This document shows, in pieces, positions 34,962 to 45,155 of a DNA stretch of 64,000 nucleotides (positions are counted from its first letter, which is position 1; the number at the start of each line of letters is the position of its first letter). The notes beneath the pieces are model-generated. The model was not told the DNA's origin. It made no database searches and saw only the letters and a program-made list of their open reading frames with translations. Made by a program: the position numbers and the translations under genes. The stretch spans positions 77,807-141,806 of IMG/VR virus record IMGVR_UViG_3300032018_000001. The stretch is one strand, 5' to 3'. This DNA comes from a virus.

Positions 34962-34976
34962 TAAAAAGATAACTGG

Positions 34977-35005
34977 AAAGGGTGCCCGAAGTTCGGGCAC
35001 CCTTT
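34977..35005 (+). terminator. stem-loop after tube gene
   Basis: AAAGGGTGCCCGAA-g-TTCGGGCACCCTTT perfect inverted repeat. Confidence 0.7.
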
Positions 35006-35052
35006 ACCGATAAGTCCGAAATTTCCGCTAGGTAAAAAAGGAGGAACAGGTA

Positions 35053-35916
35053 ATGGAAATTACTCTGCAAGGTAAGTCTATTTACGGAATCACAGGCTGG
35101 GATGGCAAGGTAGACATCGAAGGCCTGAAATTTTTCCAAACAAAACGTCTGGCAGGCTCCCGCAACAACGCTTCCCTATTCCGCAAGCTGGTTAAGATTT
35201 TCAAAAGCGACTACACTCCCATTAAGCTTCCGAAAGAGCTGTCTCCGGAAGACCTGGACATGGGAGACTTCACGCAACTAATGATAGGCATTGCTGCCAT
35301 GTCAAAGGGGCGCTCAGTACGAAAAATATACGAGTGCCCTCACTGCAAGAAAGAGCAGCCGCGTGTCATTGACATTCTGAAAGTTTTCATTCCAAAGAAA
35401 CCTGAGATTGAAGGCGGAATGGCAGACGTGGAAATAGAAGCTGCAGCGGCCAGCAAGCAGGCTGAAATAGTAACCTGCAAATATTTGCGGGTTAAGGATT
35501 ACATTAAAATCAACGACATGGTTGATAGCATCAAGGATTCCCTTTACAAAACCATCAACAACAAACAGGTGCTCGACCTTACTACGGTAAAAGAAACCTA
35601 CGGCATGCTGTGTGACTTCTCAGACCTGGAAGACGTTCAGGATTTTTGCGAGCAACTGACAGATGTGGGACTGGTTGCTATGCGTGTTAATAATCCAAAG
35701 ATTGCAGATGAAAACCGTTTCATGGCTACTGTGAAGTGGCTGTTTCATCTACAGGGAGAACAGGTGGAGATTTATTCAAAAATCTCCTCTACCATTATGA
35801 AGCTGTCTGCGGACATTAGCAACACGTATGAATCAGTGTGCAATGACTGTAAGAAGAAATTCACAGCAGACCTGGAGCCTACCGAATATTTTTTCGGTTT
35901 ACAGTTTCCTTCCTGA
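35053..35916 (+). CDS. tail/baseplate assembly chaperone (gp26-like) with two CxxC
   Basis: L.MGDF..LMI.I, YECPHCK, VCNDCK...EYFF; between tube and tape measure. Confidence 0.7.
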   Translation: MEITLQGKSIYGITGWDGKVDIEGLKFFQTKRLAGSRNNASLFRKLVKIFKSDYTPIKLPKELSPEDLDMGDFTQLMIGIAAMSKGRSVRKIYECPHCKKEQPRVIDILKVFIPKKPEIEGGMADVEIEAAAASKQAEIVTCKYLRVKDYIKINDMVDSIKDSLYKTINNKQVLDLTTVKETYGMLCDFSDLEDVQDFCEQLTDVGLVAMRVNNPKIADENRFMATVKWLFHLQGEQVEIYSKISSTIMKLSADISNTYESVCNDCKKKFTADLEPTEYFFGLQFPS

Positions 35917-36077
35917 CAGACCTTGAGGTTGCAGTCCTGAGTTACTTCAACACTCAGCTGCGGGAGGACACTGACATGCGGTTTGTGTTGGAGTGCTACG
36001 AAATAATTGAGGATGCTACTGCAAAGAAGGCAATGCAAAAGGGACACGGAAAATCAAAAAGCAGAGGTAAACGGTAA
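35889..36077 (+). other. -1 ribosomal frameshift site (T TTT TTC) and 62-codon extension frame
   Basis: slippery heptamer 35889-35895; -1 frame open to TAA 36075-36077 overlapping tape-measure ATG. Confidence 0.7.
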
Positions 36078-37708
36078 TGGCTGCAAAGAGTGATGTAAAA
36101 GCTTTTGTGGAAGGCCTTTCAAAACCATTCGCGGATATGCGGATGCGTAAGACCGCTTTATTTTCTAAGTTCCTTTCCGTTATCAGCGCCATTGAGGATG
36201 TTCAGAAGTCCGGTCTGAAAACTCTGGCTGCAGGAATCACCAAAATATTTAAGAGTAGCAGCTCAGCCAAGGAAGCGGTAGCAGGCGTAGCCAGGGATGT
36301 TACCAAGGGTAAATCTGGAGGAGGCTCGGCTGTAAGCAAAGAGGCCAAGAAAGCTACTTCAGCAAAACCAAAAGCGGAAGAAAAACCAGAAGAAACACCA
36401 GCCGCGAAAGCTAAAAAAGAAAGGGCCCTGGATAAAGCCAAGCACCTAAAAGTTTCTAGTCTTACTGCGGGAAAGACAGTTGTTGACAAGCTGGTTGTCG
36501 ATACGCTGGTTACTAAGGATGAATCTCGCAGGATAGCAAAAGCGGAGAAGGATAAGAGTGAGGCGGAAAAGTTACTGGAAGCAAAGGAATTACAAACAGA
36601 CCTACAAGACCGGACGCTGAAGCTTCAGGAGGCCTCAGTAGACTTTGAAGACCGGCAGGCCGCGCTCGCAGACCGGCGCTGGGATAAATCTCTACCAGGA
36701 TTGCTCACAGAGCATGCAACTGAAATAAGCGAAGACTTCAAGGAGAACCTTGGTGGCGTTGCTGGCGAGCTTCTGGGGCCTTTGCATGAGACGGCCAAGA
36801 AGGTAGGCAACCTTGCTATTGCTACGGTTAAGCATTTTAAATTTGACATAAAGGATAAGCTCAAAAATAAAGCGCTTGCTGCTAAGCAGTGGTTTACAGA
36901 CAGTAAAGAAAAAATTAAACAGTCGAAAGTTCTTAAAGCCATAGAGAAGCACACGCTGGGCTCTTTGGTATTCCAAAAAGGGCAAGCTGCGCTGCAGTCA
37001 ATGTTTCAGGTATTCAGTAGTATAATTCAGACACTTATGGGCGGGATACTATCCGTACTGGGTACTATTGCTCAGGCATTGATAGCAGCGGAGCTTGTGA
37101 ATATTGTGGCTGGCGCTTTAGGACAATTCTTTGATGCTAAGATACTACCGCTACTTCCTGACTGGATGAAAAAGAGCTTTACTGCGGCTCCTGACCTTCC
37201 TAAAGGAGAGACGGGCGGATTTCTGCATGCGCTCAGACATCCCATTGATGAAATATCTACAGCAATGGATGTCATTGATGCAAAGCTGGGTAATGTCGAG
37301 CAGCGCGAGAAGGCTTTAAAGAATCTTGGTTATGATGATAAATACATCAATGCCACAGCAGCAGAAAAAGGTGAACGCTCTGCGGGCGCAGAAGGAAAAA
37401 TAACCGCCAAAGAAAAAGCAGAAGCTAAAAAAGTTCAAATGCAAATGGCCGCTGAGGGAAAGGCATTCAGTCACGAATTACCCATGAAGATTAGCAACCG
37501 GCTGTTCAGTGATGTGCTGCCTGAAAAATTTGATGAGCTTGGTGCTAAGGTGGACAATTTGAATAGCAACATGATGAATGCTGCTAAGCCCAGCATGCCT
37601 TCTGTTATTTCAGCTCCTGCGAGCTCCGTAGTTAATAACGCGGTTAGCGGCGGAGGAGACAGTGGCCGCGGAGATTACACGCTGGAGATGCTTAGCCCGG
37701 CGAGATAA
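36077..37708 (+). CDS. tape measure protein (putative)
   Basis: Ala/Lys-rich helical sequence with hydrophobic segment; follows chaperone. Confidence 0.7.
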   Translation: MAAKSDVKAFVEGLSKPFADMRMRKTALFSKFLSVISAIEDVQKSGLKTLAAGITKIFKSSSSAKEAVAGVARDVTKGKSGGGSAVSKEAKKATSAKPKAEEKPEETPAAKAKKERALDKAKHLKVSSLTAGKTVVDKLVVDTLVTKDESRRIAKAEKDKSEAEKLLEAKELQTDLQDRTLKLQEASVDFEDRQAALADRRWDKSLPGLLTEHATEISEDFKENLGGVAGELLGPLHETAKKVGNLAIATVKHFKFDIKDKLKNKALAAKQWFTDSKEKIKQSKVLKAIEKHTLGSLVFQKGQAALQSMFQVFSSIIQTLMGGILSVLGTIAQALIAAELVNIVAGALGQFFDAKILPLLPDWMKKSFTAAPDLPKGETGGFLHALRHPIDEISTAMDVIDAKLGNVEQREKALKNLGYDDKYINATAAEKGERSAGAEGKITAKEKAEAKKVQMQMAAEGKAFSHELPMKISNRLFSDVLPEKFDELGAKVDNLNSNMMNAAKPSMPSVISAPASSVVNNAVSGGGDSGRGDYTLEMLSPAR

Positions 37709-37721
37709 AGGTAGGGTACTA

Positions 37722-39059
37722 ATGCCTCTTGCTACTGACAGAGAAGACCTCAGACTGAACAGAATCTGGCTTAGGATTGAGCCCAGGTTTGATTTTGATA
37801 CCATCATCGACCGATTTTCTTTTCCTGGTGATTACGTGGATTTGATTCACGGTGTTAGCAGAAACCCTGACTTCGACAATGCTTTCTATTTTCCAATATC
37901 CGGTGACATTCCCGCTTACTTATTTACCGGCTCGTACAGTAAGCAAACTCCTGAGTGGAGCGGCGTTGGTAAATCAATGGCTGACATTATGGGAGGCCTA
38001 GCAAAATCAGCCGGTAACATTCTTAACAAAATAGGAAATCTTGAGGCTGTTAAGATTGGCGGAAAGTCAATGCTAGGAAGATTAGGCGGACTGGCTACCG
38101 GAGCTGGAGAATTTCTGCACCTATTCACCGGTGACATTGACTCTCCTAAAATCTGGGACAGGTCTGAAGTAGCACCTGTCACGCTGGAGAGCACCGTTGC
38201 TTTTGAAAACGAATATGAGCAGAAGTATTACAAGGCTGCGGAGATACTGCTTACTCTTATGACCATGCCGGTAACAACCGGAGAATTTGATAACGTGGCC
38301 AGAATAGGAAAACTGCTTAACACATCATCGGAAGGCCCTATTCGCAAATACAAAATATTTACGATGGGCGAGCCTCTTTCAGACTGCGATATTGACATTG
38401 TAGTAGGCAAGCAGCAGCGCGACCTAAAAGCATTGTATGATGTGGTTACAGTTGATGCAAGTGCTACTTCCGGTAGCCTTAATCTGTTTGCTATGCGGGA
38501 ATGCTTCCTGGCAGCGTTCAGCCTTTCCTACGGAGCGGATAGTGCGGCCGGTTTTGATGAGCGCGGAATACCGCGTTTACTTAAGTACAGCTTTACGCTT
38601 GACCCTAAATCACTGCAGTCCATCATTGACGGGTACGCTGATATTCTTAATTTCAATAAGCACACTCAGCTATCAGACGTTCCCATAGGCGTGCTTCCTG
38701 GATATGCCATGCCTGCTACGGTTGATGACATTCCTGAGGGCCCTTTCAACGGTATGATGCTGGCTTATGCTGGGCGGCAGGTACGTTTCGCGGCAGGCAT
38801 GACAATCCGTAGTATCCTTAATAACATTCTTTTTGGTAGCGTATCCGCGGCTGCAGCGGCCTACGTGGGCCAGCGCGTAATCAATTCCGTAACGCCGGTT
38901 AGAGTGCTTGTAGGCGCTGGAGGCAACAGCACTCTGCTACCGGCCGGGTACGCAGGGTACATCAAAGAGGCAGGGCATAACATAGCCAAGACTTCCCAGA
39001 GCAGCCCCTTGGCGGTTACTACCGGCGCTGCAGCTATCGCAGCAGGAGCATTACTATAA
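37722..39059 (+). CDS. baseplate tail-tube initiator/cap-like protein
   Basis: position; tube-fold-like C.LAAFSLSYG...G.P motif. Confidence 0.5.
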   Translation: MPLATDREDLRLNRIWLRIEPRFDFDTIIDRFSFPGDYVDLIHGVSRNPDFDNAFYFPISGDIPAYLFTGSYSKQTPEWSGVGKSMADIMGGLAKSAGNILNKIGNLEAVKIGGKSMLGRLGGLATGAGEFLHLFTGDIDSPKIWDRSEVAPVTLESTVAFENEYEQKYYKAAEILLTLMTMPVTTGEFDNVARIGKLLNTSSEGPIRKYKIFTMGEPLSDCDIDIVVGKQQRDLKALYDVVTVDASATSGSLNLFAMRECFLAAFSLSYGADSAAGFDERGIPRLLKYSFTLDPKSLQSIIDGYADILNFNKHTQLSDVPIGVLPGYAMPATVDDIPEGPFNGMMLAYAGRQVRFAAGMTIRSILNNILFGSVSAAAAAYVGQRVINSVTPVRVLVGAGGNSTLLPAGYAGYIKEAGHNIAKTSQSSPLAVTTGAAAIAAGALL

Positions 39060-39701
39060 ATGGCATACGAATCAGTTTTCGATGAGGCCACCAGAAAGTT
39101 AGAGTCTGACTGGGCTGTTTTTCAGTACCTGCAAGACCCGGTAAAATGGGATGCCTTGGTAGCTCAGATTATCAAACTGAAACCGGCCGGTGTTCATTCC
39201 ATGCAGAAGGACGGAAGACTGGACATAGCAAGTTATCAGATTTATGACAATCCGCAGCTGGACTGGGTACTATTAGTTTACAACGGAATAAAGCATGTGG
39301 GGTCTGATGTGCCTACTCAAAACACAAAGGCAATCAACCTAACACTGGACGGCGGAGAGAGCAATCTTTTTGATGTACCACTACTTGCTGCAGATATGAT
39401 TTTTGTTTGGAATGGCACGGCACAGCCCATCTTCAATAATCAGATAGGGTACTACGTTATTCTGGACGGCGGAACAGACCCGGAGATTTACATCATCTTC
39501 AATAGCAACGGGACAGTTACTATACGCAATGTATCAACTAACCGGTACACATTCAGTGTCTCATACATTGAGCGCGTGAATGATGATTACTTGATGACAG
39601 GACAGCAGATTTTGTTTCCTGATTACAGGGCCACACTGAAGCTCGTTCAACAAATTAATGCGGAATCGGAACGCGCAGTTTCCGGATTTGCCAGACTATA
39701 A
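39060..39701 (+). CDS. baseplate wedge protein, gp53/LysM-like
   Basis: RLDIASYQIYDNPQLDWVLLVYNGI...GQQILFP. Confidence 0.75.
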   Translation: MAYESVFDEATRKLESDWAVFQYLQDPVKWDALVAQIIKLKPAGVHSMQKDGRLDIASYQIYDNPQLDWVLLVYNGIKHVGSDVPTQNTKAINLTLDGGESNLFDVPLLAADMIFVWNGTAQPIFNNQIGYYVILDGGTDPEIYIIFNSNGTVTIRNVSTNRYTFSVSYIERVNDDYLMTGQQILFPDYRATLKLVQQINAESERAVSGFARL

Positions 39702-40754
39702 ATGAAAACACAGCAGGTAAACATTACGCTGAAAAGCGGACAGAAGTTCACTAAGCATGAGCCTGCTACGCTTTCGTATTATATGGCATTTGCAAGCAAG
39801 GCTGACTTTCTATTTTACGATGTTGGTCTTTACGAGCCTTTGGCTTTATCTCCCTACGATGAGGTGACGTTTGATATTATTCCATCTGTGGGAGATTCTA
39901 TAAAATTCGTGGGCTACCTTTACAATAAGAAAAATCTTGGCAAAGCAAATACTGTCAGGCTGCATTTTGTCAGTAAGTATTTTAAAGGCATGCTGTCGAT
40001 GGAGCCTTTGTATGGTAAAGGAAAGCTGAGCGATATAGCATCCGCGTTCTACACAAAGGCTGGAGTTCTCAGCGTAGTAGCAGACCCTTCAGACATTACC
40101 GTGGATAGCATTCTGTTCCCGCGGACGGCACGCATTGATGATGCTATCAGCTACTTGATTAATCGCGCCACCGCTCCCACGGATAGCTATTTGGTGAGCA
40201 CCATCATCGGTGACACAGCGTATATCCGAAATATCAAGAAGGGAAAAGAAGACATAAAAGCAACCGCGCAAACAGAAGAGGCCCGGACTTCTGGTGGAGG
40301 TTCAGTAAAGGCTGGCGGACTGTATTACATACCTACGCAGGTAAAGGATGATAGGTTCCGTGTGGATGCTATGGGAGGGTTAAAGCTTTCTGTTTTTTCT
40401 GATGCTGCTAATGTTGACCCTCAGAGCTTTTCCTCCAAGGGTACTAATGAAGTAACAAATAATTTGTTTTACGGATTGACAGATAAGCTACTTGTCAAGG
40501 CTAAAGGCCGCGTGGCACAATTAACATCCTACTATACATCATACACAGCGCTGCTGAGCGTGCTGGGTAGCGTTCCGCTTTTAGGTTCAAACCTGATTGT
40601 GGATAAGAATGATATTACGTCAAGCAGCACTTGGTTTAAAACTCTGGATGAGGGAAAGTACTTTATTAATTCTCAGGCAATCTTCATTGATTTTAAAGAG
40701 AGCTATCCTAAGACGCAAATTGGCGTGCAGATGGTTGATGACCAGCTTGTTTAA
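39702..40754 (+). CDS. baseplate hub protein (gp27-like)
   Basis: position before spike; LSDIA, GKYFI C-terminal motif. Confidence 0.55.
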   Translation: MKTQQVNITLKSGQKFTKHEPATLSYYMAFASKADFLFYDVGLYEPLALSPYDEVTFDIIPSVGDSIKFVGYLYNKKNLGKANTVRLHFVSKYFKGMLSMEPLYGKGKLSDIASAFYTKAGVLSVVADPSDITVDSILFPRTARIDDAISYLINRATAPTDSYLVSTIIGDTAYIRNIKKGKEDIKATAQTEEARTSGGGSVKAGGLYYIPTQVKDDRFRVDAMGGLKLSVFSDAANVDPQSFSSKGTNEVTNNLFYGLTDKLLVKAKGRVAQLTSYYTSYTALLSVLGSVPLLGSNLIVDKNDITSSSTWFKTLDEGKYFINSQAIFIDFKESYPKTQIGVQMVDDQLV

Positions 40755-40766
40755 CTTTATATTATT

Positions 40767-41285
40767 ATGATGGAATACAGGGACGAATACAAAGGTACTA
40801 TCGTAGACGTGAACGACCCGCAGAATCTGGGCCGGGCGCGGGTACGGGTTAAAGGCCTCTTCGATGAGATTCCTAATGAATTTCTTCCGTGGGCTTATCC
40901 CAAATCCCACGAGACCAGCGCCAAGGGCGGCAGCTCTGAGATTCTGGTGAAGGGACAGAAGACGTGGGTACGCTTCCTAGAAGGTGACGTGAATTTCCCT
41001 GTCTTCCACGGCGGCGTTATTGAGACCAAAGATGACCTGCCAAAGAACAACGATGCTAAGCGGGCAATCATTTACGAGTCTCCAAATAAGGACATTGTGA
41101 TAGCAGTCAACGAAGACCTAGAGGACATCGAAATTAAGACTAAATCATATAATACAACTTTGGGAACTATCATTGACCTGCTACTGAGTCATACACACAT
41201 GACACCTACAGGAGTTAGCGGAAATGCGGGCAGCGGCATTCCACCAGTGCTCTCCGCGAATCTTAATACCGGAAAGCTGAAATAG
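40767..41285 (+). CDS. baseplate central spike (gp5/VgrG OB-fold, C-terminal HxH)
   Basis: G.IVDVNDPQNLGRARVRV..LPWAYP..G.K.WVRF.EGD..FPV; SHTHMTPTG. Confidence 0.88.
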   Translation: MMEYRDEYKGTIVDVNDPQNLGRARVRVKGLFDEIPNEFLPWAYPKSHETSAKGGSSEILVKGQKTWVRFLEGDVNFPVFHGGVIETKDDLPKNNDAKRAIIYESPNKDIVIAVNEDLEDIEIKTKSYNTTLGTIIDLLLSHTHMTPTGVSGNAGSGIPPVLSANLNTGKLK

Positions 41286-41286
41286 T

Positions 41287-41694
41287 ATGGCACTCGTCAA
41301 CGACACACAACTTCAGACGCTTGCTACGGATTTAATCAATGACGTTTCATACGTTGGTAGTGGCGGCGTGGTGAGTGAGAAGTACGCAGTGACGCAGGAA
41401 GGGCACGACAAATCAGTGGCTAAGATGAAAGATTTTTTAAAGCGTGCTTTTGGTTACGTGTCTGGCGGAGGCCCTGGCGCATATAATAGCAACAAAGGCT
41501 GGCTGGAAGTTAAAGGGGTTACGGCCGCACTCGATACAGGCGTAGGCCGTGTCATTGAAACGTATGTGGGAGGCTCAGGAGACCACGGCGGAGCCCTTGC
41601 TTCCGCAACGGGAGGGCCGGTATCAGGAACGGTTGTGGATGCTAAGGAAGACACAACCGCGCAGACCAATAACGGAACAGGACTGGTGAGCTAA
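41287..41694 (+). CDS. baseplate-associated Gly-rich protein
   Basis: position after spike. Confidence 0.55.
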   Translation: MALVNDTQLQTLATDLINDVSYVGSGGVVSEKYAVTQEGHDKSVAKMKDFLKRAFGYVSGGGPGAYNSNKGWLEVKGVTAALDTGVGRVIETYVGGSGDHGGALASATGGPVSGTVVDAKEDTTAQTNNGTGLVS

Positions 41695-42071
41695 TGGCTT
41701 CAACACAATCCATTTTGAATATCGCGGGAGTTCCCAGTGATGAGTTTATTGAGGAAGTCACGGATTCAAAGACCATAAAGAAGAATGAAATATTCTTCGC
41801 CATGCTGGTAGACGGTCTGCCCGGAGACCCGGCATTTGGCCTGGGGATAAGTGATTTGGTAGGGAGTCTGAACACCAATAAGCTGAAGGGCGACCTGAAT
41901 AGAAAAGCCGCAAAGCAACTTCCTGATTTGGTTAGTGGAATACGCTATGAAGGTCTGGCTGTGGCACAGGATGTCAGCAATCAGCATATTGCAGCTGACT
42001 TTCATTTCGTGGACTTGGATGCCAATGCTCCTATCCTCATTCCTTTAGCATTCCCGAAAGCGGTACAATGA
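41694..42071 (+). CDS. baseplate wedge/sheath initiator, gp25-like
   Basis: G.PGDPAFGLGISDLV motif. Confidence 0.7.
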   Translation: MASTQSILNIAGVPSDEFIEEVTDSKTIKKNEIFFAMLVDGLPGDPAFGLGISDLVGSLNTNKLKGDLNRKAAKQLPDLVSGIRYEGLAVAQDVSNQHIAADFHFVDLDANAPILIPLAFPKAVQ

Positions 42072-42421
42072 ATCAGGTCAACGCTATGGACTTACTTAGG
42101 CTGTTTGATTTTGACCTTAGGACTTTTCTTTCCGGTAAACATCCTACTTGTCAAGAAGACTTGAATGTTCTAACAGCAGAAGCAAAGGCGGAAATAAAAG
42201 TTAGGTTTCATGCGCTGGCATTACAGCATCATCCGGATAAGGCCGGGGATGCAGAACGCTTTAAGGAATTGAGTAATGCATATAAACTGATTCAGGACAA
42301 TTTACGTTTGGTTGTTCAACGGCCGCAGCAGCCCATTATTCAGATTATTTATTATAGCAATTATGGTGGGTATAGCAATCAAGGTTTTACTTCAACAACG
42401 TCAGCGACATATTCCTGGTAA
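42068..42421 (+). CDS. J-domain (DnaJ-like) protein
   Basis: EIKVRFHALALQHHPDKAGDAERFKELSNAYKLI, intact HPD. Confidence 0.85.
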   Translation: MNQVNAMDLLRLFDFDLRTFLSGKHPTCQEDLNVLTAEAKAEIKVRFHALALQHHPDKAGDAERFKELSNAYKLIQDNLRLVVQRPQQPIIQIIYYSNYGGYSNQGFTSTTSATYSW

Positions 42422-42433
42422 GGAGAAAAAATA

Positions 42434-45148
42434 ATGGCTACTGATAACGCACTTCAGCAGGTTGCTTTGGGCTTAGACCAAGCCAAGCAGACCATTTACA
42501 GAATAATGAAGCAGTATTATCCTAAGATTGAGGATAGCAAGTCTTCCCTGGTGAATGCAATAGTATCCGGTATTGCTTACATCTATTCCACCTTTCAGGT
42601 ATTCGCCAAGCTCCTGCAATCAGAGCTTTACGTTTCCACGGCGCGGGAGCTGGAGAGTCTGTACAAACTGATTCCCTTCGTGGGAATTACCCTTGACCAG
42701 CCTACGCCCATGCTGATAACAGCCACGACACAGCCCCAAGATGACAGCATTACGGATAGCACGGTGCCTCCGCTTTACATTCAGTTCCCTGACCCGTTCC
42801 TGGATTCTGCCAGCTTCAATTTCCATCAGACGTATAAGCAGTATCTCCGGAAGGTAGTCTTCGACTTCACCATTAGGTTTAATTCTAATAGTCTGAGTCC
42901 TTTAAATTTCTTTGTGAGCGGAAACAGTCTTACTGTTTCTTTGGGAAAGCAATTAGGTGATAATTTTATTCCTCCTGCTATGGCTGCTACTAATGGAGAC
43001 TACTTATCCGTGGAATTTCCTTACGTGGTAGGAGCAGTTATTCGTAAGGGAAGAATAAAGTTCACCGCTTCTTTACAGAATGTCGGCGTGCTGACTGGAG
43101 CCAGCGTAACGAATGACGGTAGTGACGTACCGGCCGATATTTTATTGTCACAGTGCTCTCTGGATGTAGGAACAGGAAAGTTGTGCTTGACTGTTCAAGT
43201 GTATGCTTCTTTTGCTGGAAATCTTATTGTAGGACTGCCGGTTAATGTTACATACAATGTACGGGCTACTTACCTTAAACCAGCAGTAGTAACTGGAGCC
43301 TTGCTTCCAGCCTCAGGAAGTGACTTTGCTGCTTACGGAGATGTGACTCCCGGATTTTTTGACAGGTCTATCCTTTTCAGCTTTCGTCATAACACAGTAA
43401 CACCTGAATCCCCACTGACTGATTTAGTAATTACAAATTCTGCCGGTAACACCACTTTGGTGTTTTTTGCCTACAGCGGAACTGATGACAATGGAAAATT
43501 GCGAAGGGTTGCTATTGATCCGTTTACTGTTAAAATAACAGGCTTGTTAGATAGTACTATTATTTTTGATTTTGCAAAGGCTGAAGTTTTACGCGACCCA
43601 TATTTCGGTACGATATATCGTGTTAAGTTTTCCTACCCTGTGAACGGTTTTGACTTTTATGCTTACGTACTGGATGAGTACGCTGGTGTTATCTACGTTG
43701 AAAACCCACAGATGGTTTCTGTCAACCAGGCTACCTTCAAGTTTGATTACACGACTAAGCCGTCAAATAAAGTCTTTTTGCAGCAGTTCGATACTAAGGT
43801 AAAGTCTGTTAGCCCCCCAGCGGATTTTAATACGGACAACAACACGTTTGTGTTGGAAGATGATGACCCTATTATGTTCAACAATTTTAAAATTCAAATA
43901 ACGGATGCTGGGTACAGCACTTTGCAATTTAAGCAGGTGACAAGCCTTGTGACTGTTAGTGGAAATTCAATACTGGCTTACTTTGAAGTTCGTGTCTTGG
44001 CTCCTACTAAGGTGGAGCTTAAGTTCGGCCGCTCGATTGACTATACTACTATTCAGAACATGCTTATCAACTACCAGACAGTCAAGGATATTTCCTTATA
44101 TAAAAGCGGTGAGGTGCTGACAGGTGTCGTTCAATTGTATTACGGAACAAATGGTTCATTGTACAGCCTATCTGGTAAAACCGATTTTCCATTTTCTGCT
44201 GTTAATGTTTCCAGTTTAGCCGGTGCTTCTGGGATTCCTACGCTGGAAGGCCTACGGGACGCTTTGACAAAAGCAGCATACACGCTTAATATAAACGTAA
44301 CCAGAATCAATTACGAAAGTGCTATTGAGAGCTACTTCTTGGGTCTGGGATACGATTCGAGAATAAAGGTTTTCGATTACTCGGATTTCGGAAACCCCAG
44401 CGTGCTATTGAATTCCGTTAATGGAAATATCGTCTACTTTATCGGACTGGTTAATCACTATCCTAATTCTGACTTTGTGGTAGTAGTACCCACGGAATTG
44501 AATAGCACACCTTATGTTGAAGGGACGGCTCAGTATAGCAGGTTGGAGTTTTCTGGCCAGGTTCCTGCAGCGCTTACGGACATCGGCCTGGACATGATTG
44601 TACCGGTGGGTAAATCTTCTAATGACCTTGACATACTACAGAATAGTATTCGAGATGATTCTGCTCTGACCAACATCATTTTCACGGAAGGTTCCAACAA
44701 TGTGACGCTGGGCATCACTCCCTTCAGCGTTATGTACGCAATCTATTTTAAAGCGCTACTTAATCCTGCGGACGGCTTCACGTACACACAGGCCAAGGTG
44801 GATGTGAGCAATTATTTGGCATCCCTGTTTAAATGGAGCACGCTAAATTTCATTCGGGACATCAACGTGTCTGATGTTTACCGTGCTATTGATAGCCTGC
44901 CCTCAGTGGATAAAATATTGTTCAGCAACCTCAGCCATTTCAGGAATAATGGCGTGGACGGCTCTTTGGTTGTTCACGACATCACATACAAGAAATTTTT
45001 CGGGCCTTATCCCACCGTTCCTTTACCCGCGGATATTATGGCTAATCCTTTGTGGGATTTTTCAAATGTGAATACTACAGGAAGAGGAATAAAGATTCAT
45101 ATCCTGGGCCTGGGCGGCATAGAATTATCACCTTACCCTAACGTATAG
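42434..45148 (+). CDS. baseplate wedge protein, gp6/BpJ-like
   Basis: ELYVSTARELESLY N-terminus, VKFG, VT..NYES, INVSDVYRAI..LPSV C-terminus. Confidence 0.8.
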   Translation: MATDNALQQVALGLDQAKQTIYRIMKQYYPKIEDSKSSLVNAIVSGIAYIYSTFQVFAKLLQSELYVSTARELESLYKLIPFVGITLDQPTPMLITATTQPQDDSITDSTVPPLYIQFPDPFLDSASFNFHQTYKQYLRKVVFDFTIRFNSNSLSPLNFFVSGNSLTVSLGKQLGDNFIPPAMAATNGDYLSVEFPYVVGAVIRKGRIKFTASLQNVGVLTGASVTNDGSDVPADILLSQCSLDVGTGKLCLTVQVYASFAGNLIVGLPVNVTYNVRATYLKPAVVTGALLPASGSDFAAYGDVTPGFFDRSILFSFRHNTVTPESPLTDLVITNSAGNTTLVFFAYSGTDDNGKLRRVAIDPFTVKITGLLDSTIIFDFAKAEVLRDPYFGTIYRVKFSYPVNGFDFYAYVLDEYAGVIYVENPQMVSVNQATFKFDYTTKPSNKVFLQQFDTKVKSVSPPADFNTDNNTFVLEDDDPIMFNNFKIQITDAGYSTLQFKQVTSLVTVSGNSILAYFEVRVLAPTKVELKFGRSIDYTTIQNMLINYQTVKDISLYKSGEVLTGVVQLYYGTNGSLYSLSGKTDFPFSAVNVSSLAGASGIPTLEGLRDALTKAAYTLNINVTRINYESAIESYFLGLGYDSRIKVFDYSDFGNPSVLLNSVNGNIVYFIGLVNHYPNSDFVVVVPTELNSTPYVEGTAQYSRLEFSGQVPAALTDIGLDMIVPVGKSSNDLDILQNSIRDDSALTNIIFTEGSNNVTLGITPFSVMYAIYFKALLNPADGFTYTQAKVDVSNYLASLFKWSTLNFIRDINVSDVYRAIDSLPSVDKILFSNLSHFRNNGVDGSLVVHDITYKKFFGPYPTVPLPADIMANPLWDFSNVNTTGRGIKIHILGLGGIELSPYPNV

Positions 45149-45155
45149 TACTACT

